From an uncultured virus (IMG/VR IMGVR_UViG_2847556114_000004) (Duplodnaviria > Heunggongvirae > Uroviricota > Caudoviricetes), in IMG/VR virus record IMGVR_UViG_2847556114_000004: a stretch of 34,732 nt of DNA; one strand, 5' to 3'. The notes under the pieces were generated by a model that was given only the letters and a program-made list of their open reading frames with translations, was not told where the DNA came from and ran no database searches. The translations under genes were made by a program, and so were the position numbers. Of this stretch, positions 1 to 8,078 are shown piece by piece (within the stretch, counting starts at the first letter, position 1; each line of letters begins with the position of its first letter).

Positions 1-737
1 TTGGTACCGGAAGTGCGCTCGATCGCCTGAAAAAACTCATTCCACCAGGCGTTCAGCCGAAGTTCACAAGTGCTGCAGAGTTGCTGGCGTGGCAGCGGGA
101 AGAAGGACTGAAACATTGTGAAGAGCTCGACAAGCTGAATCAGAAAGCGCGTACAGAGAAAATCTTCGGTCGCTCTGGCATCCAGAGCCTGCATCGCAGC
201 TGCACGTTCGCCAACTACGAAGTATCCGGTGAGCAACAGCGCAAGGCCTACACCATGGCGAAAAGCTACGCACAGAACTTTGGGGCTGGCTTTGCGAGCT
301 TCGTGTTCAGTGGCGGGCCTGGTACCGGTAAAAACCATCTGGCAGCGGCAATCGGGAATCATCTCCTGTCCGGTGGCAAATCTGTGTTGGTGGTGACAAT
401 CCCTGACCTGATGCTGCGTGTTCGCGAGTGCTACGACGGTGGTCAGTCAGAGGCCGCATTGCTGGATGACCTATGCAAAGTTGATCTGCTGGTCCTGGAT
501 GAAGTCGGTATTCAGCGCGGAAGCAACGGCGAGAAAGTCATTCTGAATCAGGTTATTGACCGTCGCCTGTCGTCGATGCGTCCGGTGGGGATCCTGACGA
601 ACCTGAACCACGAAGAACTTCTCGGAGCGTTGGGCGCGCGGGTTATCGACCGTCTCCAGATGGATGGCGGGGTGTGGGTGAACTTTGACTGGGGCAGCTA
701 TCGCAAGAACGTTAGCCATCTCCGGATCGTTAAATAA
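1..737 (+). CDS. dnaC: Phage DnaC-like helicase loader / replication ATPase (5'-truncated by window)
   Basis: Frame is open from the window start (GTGSALDRLKKLIPPGVQPKFTSAAELLAWQ). Walker A GGPGTGKNHLA, Walker B LLVLDE, and a DnaC-like C-terminus (FDWGSYR). Confidence 0.9.
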   Translation, partial: GTGSALDRLKKLIPPGVQPKFTSAAELLAWQREEGLKHCEELDKLNQKARTEKIFGRSGIQSLHRSCTFANYEVSGEQQRKAYTMAKSYAQNFGAGFASFVFSGGPGTGKNHLAAAIGNHLLSGGKSVLVVTIPDLMLRVRECYDGGQSEAALLDDLCKVDLLVLDEVGIQRGSNGEKVILNQVIDRRLSSMRPVGILTNLNHEELLGALGARVIDRLQMDGGVWVNFDWGSYRKNVSHLRIVK

Positions 738-755
738 CTTGGAGGGCAAATCACT

Positions 756-1067
756 ATGGCAAGCAAATCACTATGGGCAATTGTCGATTTCCTTCGGGTT
801 AACCAGACCATAACCCCGCGTGAGGTTCAGAACCTGCTGGGATGCGACTGCAAGAAGGCACACAACCTGCTGCTTCACCTGGTACGCAAAACGGTAGTAA
901 TCCGCACTGGCGAGCCGCATCGCCCGGTCTATTCGCTTCAGCCCGGTGGCGAGCAGAATATCAAGCAACTCAAATCGAAAGTGAGAAAAAACATGGTCAC
1001 ATCCGTATGCCGCACAAGTCCGGCTATGCAGCGTGTACTGGCGTTTTACGGGAGAGTATCAGCATGA
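756..1067 (+). CDS. Phage winged-HTH-like hypothetical protein
   Basis: GGAGG RBS upstream; HTH-like segment (ITPREVQNLLGCDCKKAHNLLLHL); stop overlaps the next start (ATGA). Confidence 0.7.
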   Translation: MASKSLWAIVDFLRVNQTITPREVQNLLGCDCKKAHNLLLHLVRKTVVIRTGEPHRPVYSLQPGGEQNIKQLKSKVRKNMVTSVCRTSPAMQRVLAFYGRVSA

Positions 1068-1705
1068 AACCAGATGTTAAAAAAATCATCGCCGATATCA
1101 AGGCGACAAAAGGGAACCGCAAATTTTGTAATGGCCTGGCTGGCACACTCCAGGATGATAATTATGCGTCATCGATTTGCAAATACGTTAAAACCGTAAT
1201 GCCGGAAAGAATCGATCTCCTGATTGAATACACTGAAAACCTTGAAGCTGAAGTCACAGACATGGCAGTACAGCTCGCTAACGCCGAGAGCAAGTGCAGG
1301 GAGCTGGCGGAGGAGAATGCGGGACTGAAGTCGGCAATTAGTTGTCATGCTGCTGGATTTACTGTGTGCGAAGCATGTGGAGAGGAAAACACATCAGGCA
1401 ATGATGATGTATGCCGCGTACTGAACGAAACCCCAGCCACAGACGCTTTCCTGGCTGAAGTGCGGGCGCAAGTCTGGATTGAAGGTAGCGAGCCAGAAGA
1501 ATTTGGGCGTTATTGGGTTCGTTACGAAACTGATGTGGGAACGCAATACTGCTCTGCTAAGTGGATGGAACACAACTTCTGCGCAGGTAGTAACACCAAC
1601 ATCCATAAAATATGGCTGGCTGACCATTCTCGGTCGATTAACTCTCTGCGCGGCGTAACGCATTACACCAAATTGCCTGATTCACTGGAAGGAGCAGCCC
1701 AATGA
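1064..1705 (+). CDS. Ead/Ea22-like accessory protein with a DUF551-like C-terminal module
   Basis: ATG at 1064 overlaps the upstream stop. ELAEENAGLK...TPATDAFLAEVRAQ motif of the ead family; ends VTHYTKLP. Confidence 0.7.
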   Translation: MKPDVKKIIADIKATKGNRKFCNGLAGTLQDDNYASSICKYVKTVMPERIDLLIEYTENLEAEVTDMAVQLANAESKCRELAEENAGLKSAISCHAAGFTVCEACGEENTSGNDDVCRVLNETPATDAFLAEVRAQVWIEGSEPEEFGRYWVRYETDVGTQYCSAKWMEHNFCAGSNTNIHKIWLADHSRSINSLRGVTHYTKLPDSLEGAAQ

Positions 1706-2253
1706 AAGCACTCAACAAACAGGCGCTGCGTGTTCCTGAGCGCAAAAGACGTGACTGGAGTCAGGCGGTAATGCGCGATTGCGATTTCTGCAACCAATGG
1801 TCACTCACTATTCATCATGAAGATAGCGGATGTATATGCGCTAGTTGCTGCGACGCTGAATACACATCTGAACTGAAGGGCGCACTTGAATCAGCGATTG
1901 ACCGCGCTGAAGCCGCAGAGAAGCGCAACGCTGAATTACAAAGCGAGAATGCATACATCCGCAACCGGTACAAAGAACTGGACCTGTTAATCGGGAAAAA
2001 CATCCTGGTCATGCAGGCTGCAATTATCGAATGGCAGGCAACTGGCGACGCTAAGAATGGACTCGCATGGATTTATAACACGCTGTTTGGGCCTGGTGAA
2101 TTGCCTGACGAATCTGAGAAAGATGCTCAGGCCTACTTTGACCGCAAATATGCACCGATTGACGGAGAGCTTATGGCGCTTCACAAGTGGTTTTGGGAGC
2201 AAAGTGAAGCTGAACGCGCTGCCGCCACTGGCATTGGCGTGAAGGGGGAGTGA
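1702..2253 (+). CDS. Ead/Ea22-like protein with Cys-rich N-terminal segment
   Basis: MKALNKQALR start typical of the ead/Ea22 family; CDFC...CICASCC; coiled coil; translationally coupled to the upstream gene. Confidence 0.75.
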   Translation: MKALNKQALRVPERKRRDWSQAVMRDCDFCNQWSLTIHHEDSGCICASCCDAEYTSELKGALESAIDRAEAAEKRNAELQSENAYIRNRYKELDLLIGKNILVMQAAIIEWQATGDAKNGLAWIYNTLFGPGELPDESEKDAQAYFDRKYAPIDGELMALHKWFWEQSEAERAAATGIGVKGE

Positions 2254-2254
2254 G

Positions 2255-2563
2255 ATGGATAAATTAATCAAACCTACCACAAAAGGTAAACATGACGGTT
2301 CATGTGATTATCTTTGCTCGGAAGATGCGCGATTCATCGTTATGCGCGGCGATTATACGGAAGCGGAAATAATTCAGGCTTCTGTGTCCCAAGATGTAAT
2401 CGACTCGGATGGTGCGGCTGATTTTGCAAGTAGCGCCCGCTATTATCAGTGCTGGTACAAAGTTAGCCCAATAGGTGGTCAGGATGGCTATTCAGGCTGG
2501 CATCATCCTCGTGACTCGCCGTGTCGCGGTGCATATTTCGCATCAGTTTTGCAATGGGATTAA
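2255..2563 (+). CDS. Phage hypothetical protein
   Basis: GGGGAG RBS, tight operon spacing, 102 aa. Confidence 0.7.
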   Translation: MDKLIKPTTKGKHDGSCDYLCSEDARFIVMRGDYTEAEIIQASVSQDVIDSDGAADFASSARYYQCWYKVSPIGGQDGYSGWHHPRDSPCRGAYFASVLQWD

Positions 2564-2576
2564 GGAGGACTAACCC

Positions 2577-3509
2577 ATGACAACTAACAACCACCCGGCG
2601 CACGGTCCTGTATCACTCGATCGCCTGCACCAGATACGCGAAATACTCAGCAAAGCAGCAGCACAAAGCGACGGCGGTAATCTCGGCTACGCAATAGCTG
2701 ATGCTGTGAAGGTGATTGATGAGGCTATTGCAGCGTTTGGTGCTGAGCCTGCACCAGTAGATATTGAAATGCTGGCCACTGTACTGAGAAACGCTCCGTT
2801 AGCGCCGTCAGATAGCCAGGGCAAGCCGAGAGCGCCGGTAGTGCCGGATGAAGATCCGCGAGATGCATTCGAGCGAACATTCAAAATGCCGAAGCATGTC
2901 ACCCGCTGCGGTACCGGATATGCAGTAACGGCATATTCCGCATGGTTAGCCCATGATTTCGTTAGGATGTGGGAGGGCTGGAACGCTTGCCGCGCCGCCA
3001 TGCTTCAGGGTGCCGAACCTGCAAGTAATTGCGATGAATTACCGCTGGACTACCTGCAAGGGCACAAAGACGGGCTGGAATGGGCAGCACAACTGGCAAA
3101 AGCAAATCATCCGGAAACTGGCGACTGGCTTTACGATGACCCTATCGAATTGTCAAAGGCGATACGCAAGGGGCCGGATATGCCATTATCCGATGGCAAC
3201 TCTCCGGTGATTCAGGATGGCTGGATTAAGTGCAGCGAGCGGATGCCGGAAGACGAGCAGGAGGTTCTAACCAGGAACAGGATGGGGCATTGCTTTGTAT
3301 CGTTCTTTGATGAGCATTCAGGGCTGTTTTTCGACAGAGTAGATGTGGCCGCCGCATGCTGTATAGAGCACATATTGGTAACCCATTGGATGCCACTGCC
3401 AGCAGCACCGCAGCAGGAGGCTGAGAACAGAATTCAGATTGGCAAATCCGAAGCCAAGGAAGAGTGGGATATGGGGGCGCGTCTGACAAAGCACAGATTC
3501 AAACCATAG
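2577..3509 (+). CDS. Eaa-like / DUF551 domain mosaic protein
   Basis: AAGGAGG RBS; GWNACRAAMLQG motif; DUF551-type WIKCSERMPE...VTHWMPLPAAP. Confidence 0.8.
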   Translation: MTTNNHPAHGPVSLDRLHQIREILSKAAAQSDGGNLGYAIADAVKVIDEAIAAFGAEPAPVDIEMLATVLRNAPLAPSDSQGKPRAPVVPDEDPRDAFERTFKMPKHVTRCGTGYAVTAYSAWLAHDFVRMWEGWNACRAAMLQGAEPASNCDELPLDYLQGHKDGLEWAAQLAKANHPETGDWLYDDPIELSKAIRKGPDMPLSDGNSPVIQDGWIKCSERMPEDEQEVLTRNRMGHCFVSFFDEHSGLFFDRVDVAAACCIEHILVTHWMPLPAAPQQEAENRIQIGKSEAKEEWDMGARLTKHRFKP

Positions 3510-3550
3510 CTACCATACAAGCGATATGTGAATTCCCATATCGACAATAT

Positions 3551-3576
3551 AACCCGCTACGGCGGGTTTTCTTTTT
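3551..3576 (+). terminator. Intrinsic terminator (copy 1 of a 20-bp direct repeat)
   Basis: AACCCGC-TACG-GCGGGTT followed by a T-rich tract. Confidence 0.8.
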
Positions 3577-3630
3577 CGCTTCATCGATCCCTGCTACGAT
3601 TCACTTACTTTTACTGATGGGAATAGGGAT

Positions 3631-3798
3631 ATGAAGAAAATTCTTGTTGTTTTATTGGTGTCACTTTTTTCACTGACAGCAACGGCAGCAAACAAGCCAT
3701 GCTCAGGTAAGAAAGGCGGAATATCGCATTGTTCGGGTGAAAAATTTGTTTGTAATGATGGCTCTATCAGCAAGTCCAAGAAGGTTTGCCAGAAATAG
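3631..3798 (+). CDS. ydcA: YdcA-family small secreted Cys-rich protein (moron; absent from the ORF track)
   Basis: 55 aa MKKILVVLLVSLFSLTATAANKPCSGKKGGISHCSGEKFVCNDGSISKSKKVCQK: signal peptide plus the KPCSG-KGGISHC-KFVCNDGSIS-SKK-C pattern of E. coli YdcA. Confidence 0.85.
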   Translation: MKKILVVLLVSLFSLTATAANKPCSGKKGGISHCSGEKFVCNDGSISKSKKVCQK

Positions 3799-3830
3799 TT
3801 ATCAATAAATAGCACTCACCATCAAAATTA

Positions 3831-3852
3831 AACCCGCTACGGCGGGTTTTTT
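3831..3852 (+). terminator. Intrinsic terminator (copy 2 of the 20-bp direct repeat)
   Basis: AACCCGCTACGGCGGGTTTTTT, identical over 20 bp to 3551-3570. Confidence 0.8.
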
Positions 3853-3858
3853 CTTGCA

Positions 3859-3892
3859 TTGATTTTCTATTATCAACTGTACATAATGTCAG
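3859..3892 (+). promoter_or_regulatory. Candidate sigma70 promoter overlapped by a LexA-box-like site
   Basis: TTGATT (3859)-17 bp-CATAAT (3882); CTG-TACATAATGT-CAG (3877-3892) fits CTG-N10-CAG. Confidence 0.5.
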
Positions 3893-3938
3893 TGTCAGTC
3901 TGAGCAACTGACAACCTACTGCGCCACGGAGAGAAACC

Positions 3939-4538
3939 ATGGCGCATGAACTACAACTCATCAAGCAGTCCTCAGGAATCCTGATCCCCGCGACGCCGGA
4001 GACCAGCGATATTCTGCAATCAAAAATCAAACTCGGCGCCGTGCTGGTGGCAGAGTTCCGGCAGGTACGCAACCCTGCCTTTCACCGTCGCTTCTTCGCA
4101 TTACTCAATCTCGGTTTCGAATACTGGGAACCAACCGGCGGGGCTATCTCTTCCAACGAGCGCAAGCTGGTAACCGGCTACGCTAAGTTCCTTGCCTCAT
4201 TTGCGGGAAGCGAAGCCGCACTCCTGGATGCTGCCGAGCAATATCTCGACCGTATCGCAGATAAGCGTGCTGGAAGTATCAGCATCTGCAAATCCTATGA
4301 CGCATACCGTGCATGGGTGATCATCGAGTCTGGCCACTACGACGCTATCCAGTTGCCTGACGGCACCCTTCGCAAACATCCCCGCAGTATTGCCTTTGCC
4401 AACATGGATGAAACCGAGTTCCAGCAACTGTACAAAGCCGCGCTCGATGTTCTGTGGCGCTGGGTATTGTCCCGGGCATTCAAGACTCAGCGTGAAGCGG
4501 AAAACGCCGCAGCGCAGCTCATGAGTTTTGCGGGCTGA
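3939..4538 (+). CDS. DUF1367 family protein (nin region)
   Basis: RNPAFHRRFFALLNLGFEYWEP and PRSIAFANMDETEF motifs; usual position upstream of ninG/Q. Confidence 0.85.
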   Translation: MAHELQLIKQSSGILIPATPETSDILQSKIKLGAVLVAEFRQVRNPAFHRRFFALLNLGFEYWEPTGGAISSNERKLVTGYAKFLASFAGSEAALLDAAEQYLDRIADKRAGSISICKSYDAYRAWVIIESGHYDAIQLPDGTLRKHPRSIAFANMDETEFQQLYKAALDVLWRWVLSRAFKTQREAENAAAQLMSFAG

Positions 4539-4744
4539 TGGCGATGAAATATTCCTGGTTCCACCATCACGAATGCACAACCGAACAGGCAAACGAGCTG
4601 GTGGCGAGTTATCGCCGTCGTGGCGCCACAGTAGAACGCAGCCTGAACCGCGACAACATCACCTGGACCGTCAGCGTTCAGCTGCCGGAAAGCGAGAAAG
4701 CGCCGCGCCCGAGTAAGGTCTGGCAAAACAGGGCGTGGGGGTGA
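4538..4744 (+). CDS. Conserved phage hypothetical protein (nin region)
   Basis: Coupled to both neighbours; 68 aa (WFHHHECTTEQANELVASYRRRG). Confidence 0.7.
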   Translation: MAMKYSWFHHHECTTEQANELVASYRRRGATVERSLNRDNITWTVSVQLPESEKAPRPSKVWQNRAWG

Positions 4745-4746
4745 GC

Positions 4747-5355
4747 ATGGCTAAGCTACCGCGCCGTAAGTGCGCCAACAAAGAATGCCGCCAGTGGTTT
4801 CACCCGGTGCGTGATACGCAGACTGTCTGCGGTTATGAGTGCGCCAGCGCCGTCGGCAAAGAGCAGACCAGAAAAGCGCGGGGAGCCGCACAACGCAAGG
4901 AGTCCGCCAAACAGCGCGCCACTGAGAAGAAAGAGCGAGCCGCCTGGCGCCAGCGTAAAGCTGCTGCAAAACCGCTGAAGCACTGGGAGGATTTAACCCA
5001 GCGCGTCGTCAATGACTATATTCGCGAGCGTGACCATGATTTGCCATGCATCAGTTGTGGGACGTTCGACACCGTCCAGTGGGAAGCCGGGCATTACCGC
5101 TCACGTGGGAAAGCGTCACATCTTCGCTATCACGAAGACAATATCAGTAAACAGTGCCACCACTGTAACGTTCAGCTGTCGGGCAATCAGCAGCAGTACC
5201 GCCTTGGCCTTATCGAGAAAATAGGGCCTGAGCGCGTCGAGGCACTCGAAAACAATAACGTCCCACACCGATACACCATCGAAGAACTCGAAACCATTAG
5301 GAAGCACTACAGCGCGCTTCGCCGTGGATTAATTAAGAGCAGGGAGGCTGCATGA
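4747..5355 (+). CDS. ninG: NinG/Rap recombination endonuclease
   Basis: N-terminal Cys cluster, YIRERD...CISCG, AGHYRSRG, QCHHCN...LSGN (HNH-like NinG signature). Confidence 0.92.
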   Translation: MAKLPRRKCANKECRQWFHPVRDTQTVCGYECASAVGKEQTRKARGAAQRKESAKQRATEKKERAAWRQRKAAAKPLKHWEDLTQRVVNDYIRERDHDLPCISCGTFDTVQWEAGHYRSRGKASHLRYHEDNISKQCHHCNVQLSGNQQQYRLGLIEKIGPERVEALENNNVPHRYTIEELETIRKHYSALRRGLIKSREAA

Positions 5356-5489
5356 CATTTGAATCCTATTTTGCCGATCACCTCCGCGTTCGTTGGCAAC
5401 GATTGCGCTTATATCACTTTCCCGGCTCTGTGCTGACGGACTACCGAATACTGAAGAACTACATCAAAACCATAGGCGGTGCTGTATGA
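5352..5489 (+). CDS. ylcG: YlcG family small protein (absent from the ORF track)
   Basis: 45 aa MTFESYFADHLRVRWQRLRLYHFPGSVLTDYRILKNYIKTIGGAV; ATGA overlaps with ninG and Q. Confidence 0.8.
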   Translation: MTFESYFADHLRVRWQRLRLYHFPGSVLTDYRILKNYIKTIGGAV

Positions 5490-6175
5490 ACACTCAATTT
5501 CTCGAATACGTGCGCCAGCAGCTGATAGTGGCCACCGCCGACCTGAGTGGTGCGACGAAGGGGCAGTTAATGGCCTGGCTTGAGAACGCGCAGTTCGATA
5601 CCGGTACCTTTAAGCGGAAGAAGATGAAGGTGAAGGATGAGGTTACTGGCGAGATGATAACTCTGGATAACCCGCCAATCCCAGGTAAACAGTCGCATGC
5701 CAAGGGATCGCATATTCCGCTGGTGCAGCCGGTTGAATACTCCACTGCATCGTGGCGCCGTGCACTGATGACGCTCGAAGAACACCAGAAGGCCTGGCTG
5801 CTATGGAACTACAGCGAGAATGTGCGCTGGGATAATCAGGTGTTGATTACTCAGTGGGCGTGGTCGAAATTCTGCGAGCATCTGGCCGGAAAAAAGGTGG
5901 CGAAGAAGACCATTGACCGGTTGCGTCAGCTAATTTGGCTAGCTGCTCAGGATGTGAAAGGCGAGTTATCCGGGAAGGATCCGTATCAGTATGGCGATCT
6001 GGCTGCGTTGGTGGGCGTTAACAAAACAAACTGGTCTCAGAATTACGTGGAACATTACGATGCGATGATCAGCCTGTATAAGGGACTCGATTCCCAGTCA
6101 CTACATCATGTTTCGCGATCACGTTCACAACAAAAGGCAGCAAATTATCAGCAAGGTATTGCAGAAATGAATTAA
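5486..6175 (+). CDS. Q: Late antitermination protein Q (phage 82-type)
   Basis: LEYVRQQLIVATADLSGATKGQL, LIWLAAQDVK and an HTH near the C-terminus; followed by a pR'/tR'-like unit. Confidence 0.88.
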   Translation: MNTQFLEYVRQQLIVATADLSGATKGQLMAWLENAQFDTGTFKRKKMKVKDEVTGEMITLDNPPIPGKQSHAKGSHIPLVQPVEYSTASWRRALMTLEEHQKAWLLWNYSENVRWDNQVLITQWAWSKFCEHLAGKKVAKKTIDRLRQLIWLAAQDVKGELSGKDPYQYGDLAALVGVNKTNWSQNYVEHYDAMISLYKGLDSQSLHHVSRSRSQQKAANYQQGIAEMN

Positions 6176-6187
6176 TTAGCATATATT
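6159..6187 (+). promoter_or_regulatory. Late promoter pR'
   Basis: TTGCAG (6159)-17 bp-TATATT (6182) overlapping the Q stop codon, the canonical position. Confidence 0.7.
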
Positions 6188-6244
6188 TCGTGTAAATCTG
6201 ATATTGTGCCATTGTTGTATGCACTGGCAGTAAATGAGTTTTCG

Positions 6245-6271
6245 AGCCCGAGGTTAGCGCCTTGGGCTTTT
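6245..6271 (+). terminator. tR' late terminator
   Basis: AGCCCGAGG-TTAGCG-CCTTGGGCT-TTT about 60 nt downstream of pR'. Confidence 0.75.
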
Positions 6272-6290
6272 GCGTTTCTGGAGGATGGCA

Positions 6291-6473
6291 ATGAAATTTT
6301 CTGAATTACCTGAAAGCGCTAAACATATAGCCCGTGAGGCGTTATCAAAGGCTGCTTTTTCTATGGGTAGCAATGCGGATGTTTTTGAATATGAGAGAGT
6401 AGGTGAGGCAATTGCTGCTGCGTTTGTCAAAATGGAGCGCTACGACAGCGCTCCAGATGTTTGCGCGGATTAG
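6291..6473 (+). CDS. Small hypothetical protein convergent with the GhoS-like gene
   Basis: GGAGG at 6280 with ATG at 6291; 60 aa; stop overlaps the reverse gene's stop. Confidence 0.55.
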   Translation: MKFSELPESAKHIAREALSKAAFSMGSNADVFEYERVGEAIAAAFVKMERYDSAPDVCAD

Positions 6474-6751
6474 GATTTATCCAAACCACGCCATGTGCGC
6501 CCAGCTGATTCCGTAACTAAAACAGCAGGATCTTTTTTTACTGAGTTTGCTGTTGAGTAGGCCTTTTCAAGAACGTCTGCCCGGGTAATGTTACCGGAAT
6601 AATTATACTCAGCGTCAGGGAGTTGGTATTTTGTACCATCCCCATTCAGGATGGTTCGCTTAAAGCCTTTACCTTCCATTTTTTCATGTAGCTCTTCATA
6701 ATCGTCAGAATCTGCGTTATGCAGCTCAACTCGAACAGTGAAGTTAGTCAT
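6470..6751 (-). CDS. DUF2622 / GhoS-like (Cas2-like fold) small protein, moron
   Basis: FTVRVELH...YEELHEKM...GFKRTI...G..YQLPDAEY pattern of the DUF2622/GhoS family; antisense to the late operon. Confidence 0.75.
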   Translation of the reverse strand: MTNFTVRVELHNADSDDYEELHEKMEGKGFKRTILNGDGTKYQLPDAEYNYSGNITRADVLEKAYSTANSVKKDPAVLVTESAGRTWRGLDKS

Positions 6752-6877
6752 ATAATACCCATTAATTACCTGTGGAATTATGACGTTACCAGTTTCCTTT
6801 GCCTGTGGAAAGCGGGAAACCCTGATGACCTGACAGGGTTAACAAATCAGGTTTATTAATTATTGAACTGAACATTT

Positions 6878-6902
6878 AGCCCTGGCACCCGCTGGGGCTT
6901 TT
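6878..6902 (+). terminator. Intrinsic terminator upstream of the lysis cassette
   Basis: AGCCCTGGC-ACCC-GCTGGGGCT-TTT. Confidence 0.65.
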
Positions 6903-7016
6903 CTATTTCAGGCTCACGGGAATCATCCACTACGAGCTTTGTTGATAAATCCAGCCCGTGAAGCCTGACCCTCATTTAAAACACACAGCACCAGCAAACA
7001 GCGAGGTGTGAGAGAT

Positions 7017-7223
7017 ATGCATCGCATGGAAAAATTCACTAATGGTGCCGCAGTTGGCGCGGGAACCACGACGACCCTATTTGGTGCCCTCTCACTGAAC
7101 GACTGGGCGCTGGTCGTAGGTATCGCCTGCACAATTGGAACGTTCGTCATCAACTGGTACTACCGGGACAGGGAGTACAGAAGAAAAGCAGGAGGCGACG
7201 ATGTCCCCAGCACTGAGAAGTAA
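7017..7223 (+). CDS. Class II (pinholin-like) holin with dual-start motif
   Basis: GAGGTG RBS; Met1-His-Arg-Met4 (7017/7026); two TM segments (LNDWALVVGIACTIGTFVINWYY); basic tail; upstream of a SAR endolysin. Confidence 0.85.
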   Translation: MHRMEKFTNGAAVGAGTTTTLFGALSLNDWALVVGIACTIGTFVINWYYRDREYRRKAGGDDVPSTEK

Positions 7224-7689
7224 ACTTATTGCGGCAATGGGCGGCGGTGCTATCGCTATTGCCACCGTCATGCTGTCCGGTAAGGATGGACTGGAGGGGC
7301 GCGAATACGTTGCTTATCGCGATGTGGTCGACGTTCTCACGGTCTGCGATGGCCACACTGGTTCCGATATTATCCCCGGCAAACGCTACACCGATAAAGA
7401 GTGTGATGCGCTGACCCGAGCAGATTTGACCAGGATTGCCCGACAAGTCGATCCGCATATCCGGGTGCCGGTTAGCGAAACTCAGCGCGCCGCTATCTAC
7501 TCGTTCGCCTATAACGTCGGCGCTACCGCCACCATCAATTCCACGCTACTGAAAAAGCTCAACGCCAAAGACTACGGTGGCGCATGTGCTGAGCTTAAAC
7601 GCTGGGTGTATGCAGGCGGCCAGAAGTGGAAAGGGTTGATGAACCGGCGCGACGTTGAATATGAAGTCTGCACATGGAGCCAGAAATGA
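7201..7689 (+). CDS. SAR endolysin (GH24 lysozyme)
   Basis: Gly/Ala-rich N-terminal SAR helix; catalytic E-X8-D-X5-T (EGREYVAYRDVVDVLT); FAYNVG and GLMNRR motifs. Confidence 0.95.
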   Translation: MSPALRSKLIAAMGGGAIAIATVMLSGKDGLEGREYVAYRDVVDVLTVCDGHTGSDIIPGKRYTDKECDALTRADLTRIARQVDPHIRVPVSETQRAAIYSFAYNVGATATINSTLLKKLNAKDYGGACAELKRWVYAGGQKWKGLMNRRDVEYEVCTWSQK

Positions 7690-8078
7690 CACCACTGTTT
7701 AAAGTGCTGCTCATCGTGTTCGTGGCATCCCTGGCTGGTGGCTTGGTCTGGTCCGCAAATCATTACAGCAGCAAATACCATACCGAGAAGAGGCGTGCTG
7801 ATGATGCTGAGCAGTCGGCAACCAGTGCCGTGACCATCACCGATAACGTCCTGCGCACCATCAAAATCACCAACATCGTTCTGGAGACCAACCAGCATGC
7901 CAAACAGCAGATCGCACTGGAGTCACAGAGAGCTCAGGCAGACATCAAAGTGGCTGTTGCGAGCGATGACTGCGCTCGTCGGACTGTGCCTGCTGGCGCT
8001 GCTGACAGGTTGCGGCAATACGCGGACAGTTTACGTACCGGTTCCGGCGGTGCCACTCCCGGCAAACCTGACTACTGA
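7686..8078 (+). CDS. Rz: Inner-membrane spanin (Rz-like)
   Basis: N-terminal TM, coiled coil, DDCARRTVPA Cys; follows the endolysin. Confidence 0.85.
   Translation: MTPLFKVLLIVFVASLAGGLVWSANHYSSKYHTEKRRADDAEQSATSAVTITDNVLRTIKITNIVLETNQHAKQQIALESQRAQADIKVAVASDDCARRTVPAGAADRLRQYADSLRTGSGGATPGKPDY

Noticed and set aside
842..1063. N-terminal extension of the 287-aa ORF
   Set aside because: It overlaps the 756-1067 gene; the coupled ATG at 1064 is the better start.
5393..5485. Longer start for Q
   Set aside because: It overlaps ylcG in another frame; ATG 5486 is coupled to the ylcG stop.
6291..6751. Canonical ghoST type V toxin-antitoxin operon
   Set aside because: No co-oriented small hydrophobic GhoT-like ORF; the neighbour is convergent and hydrophilic.
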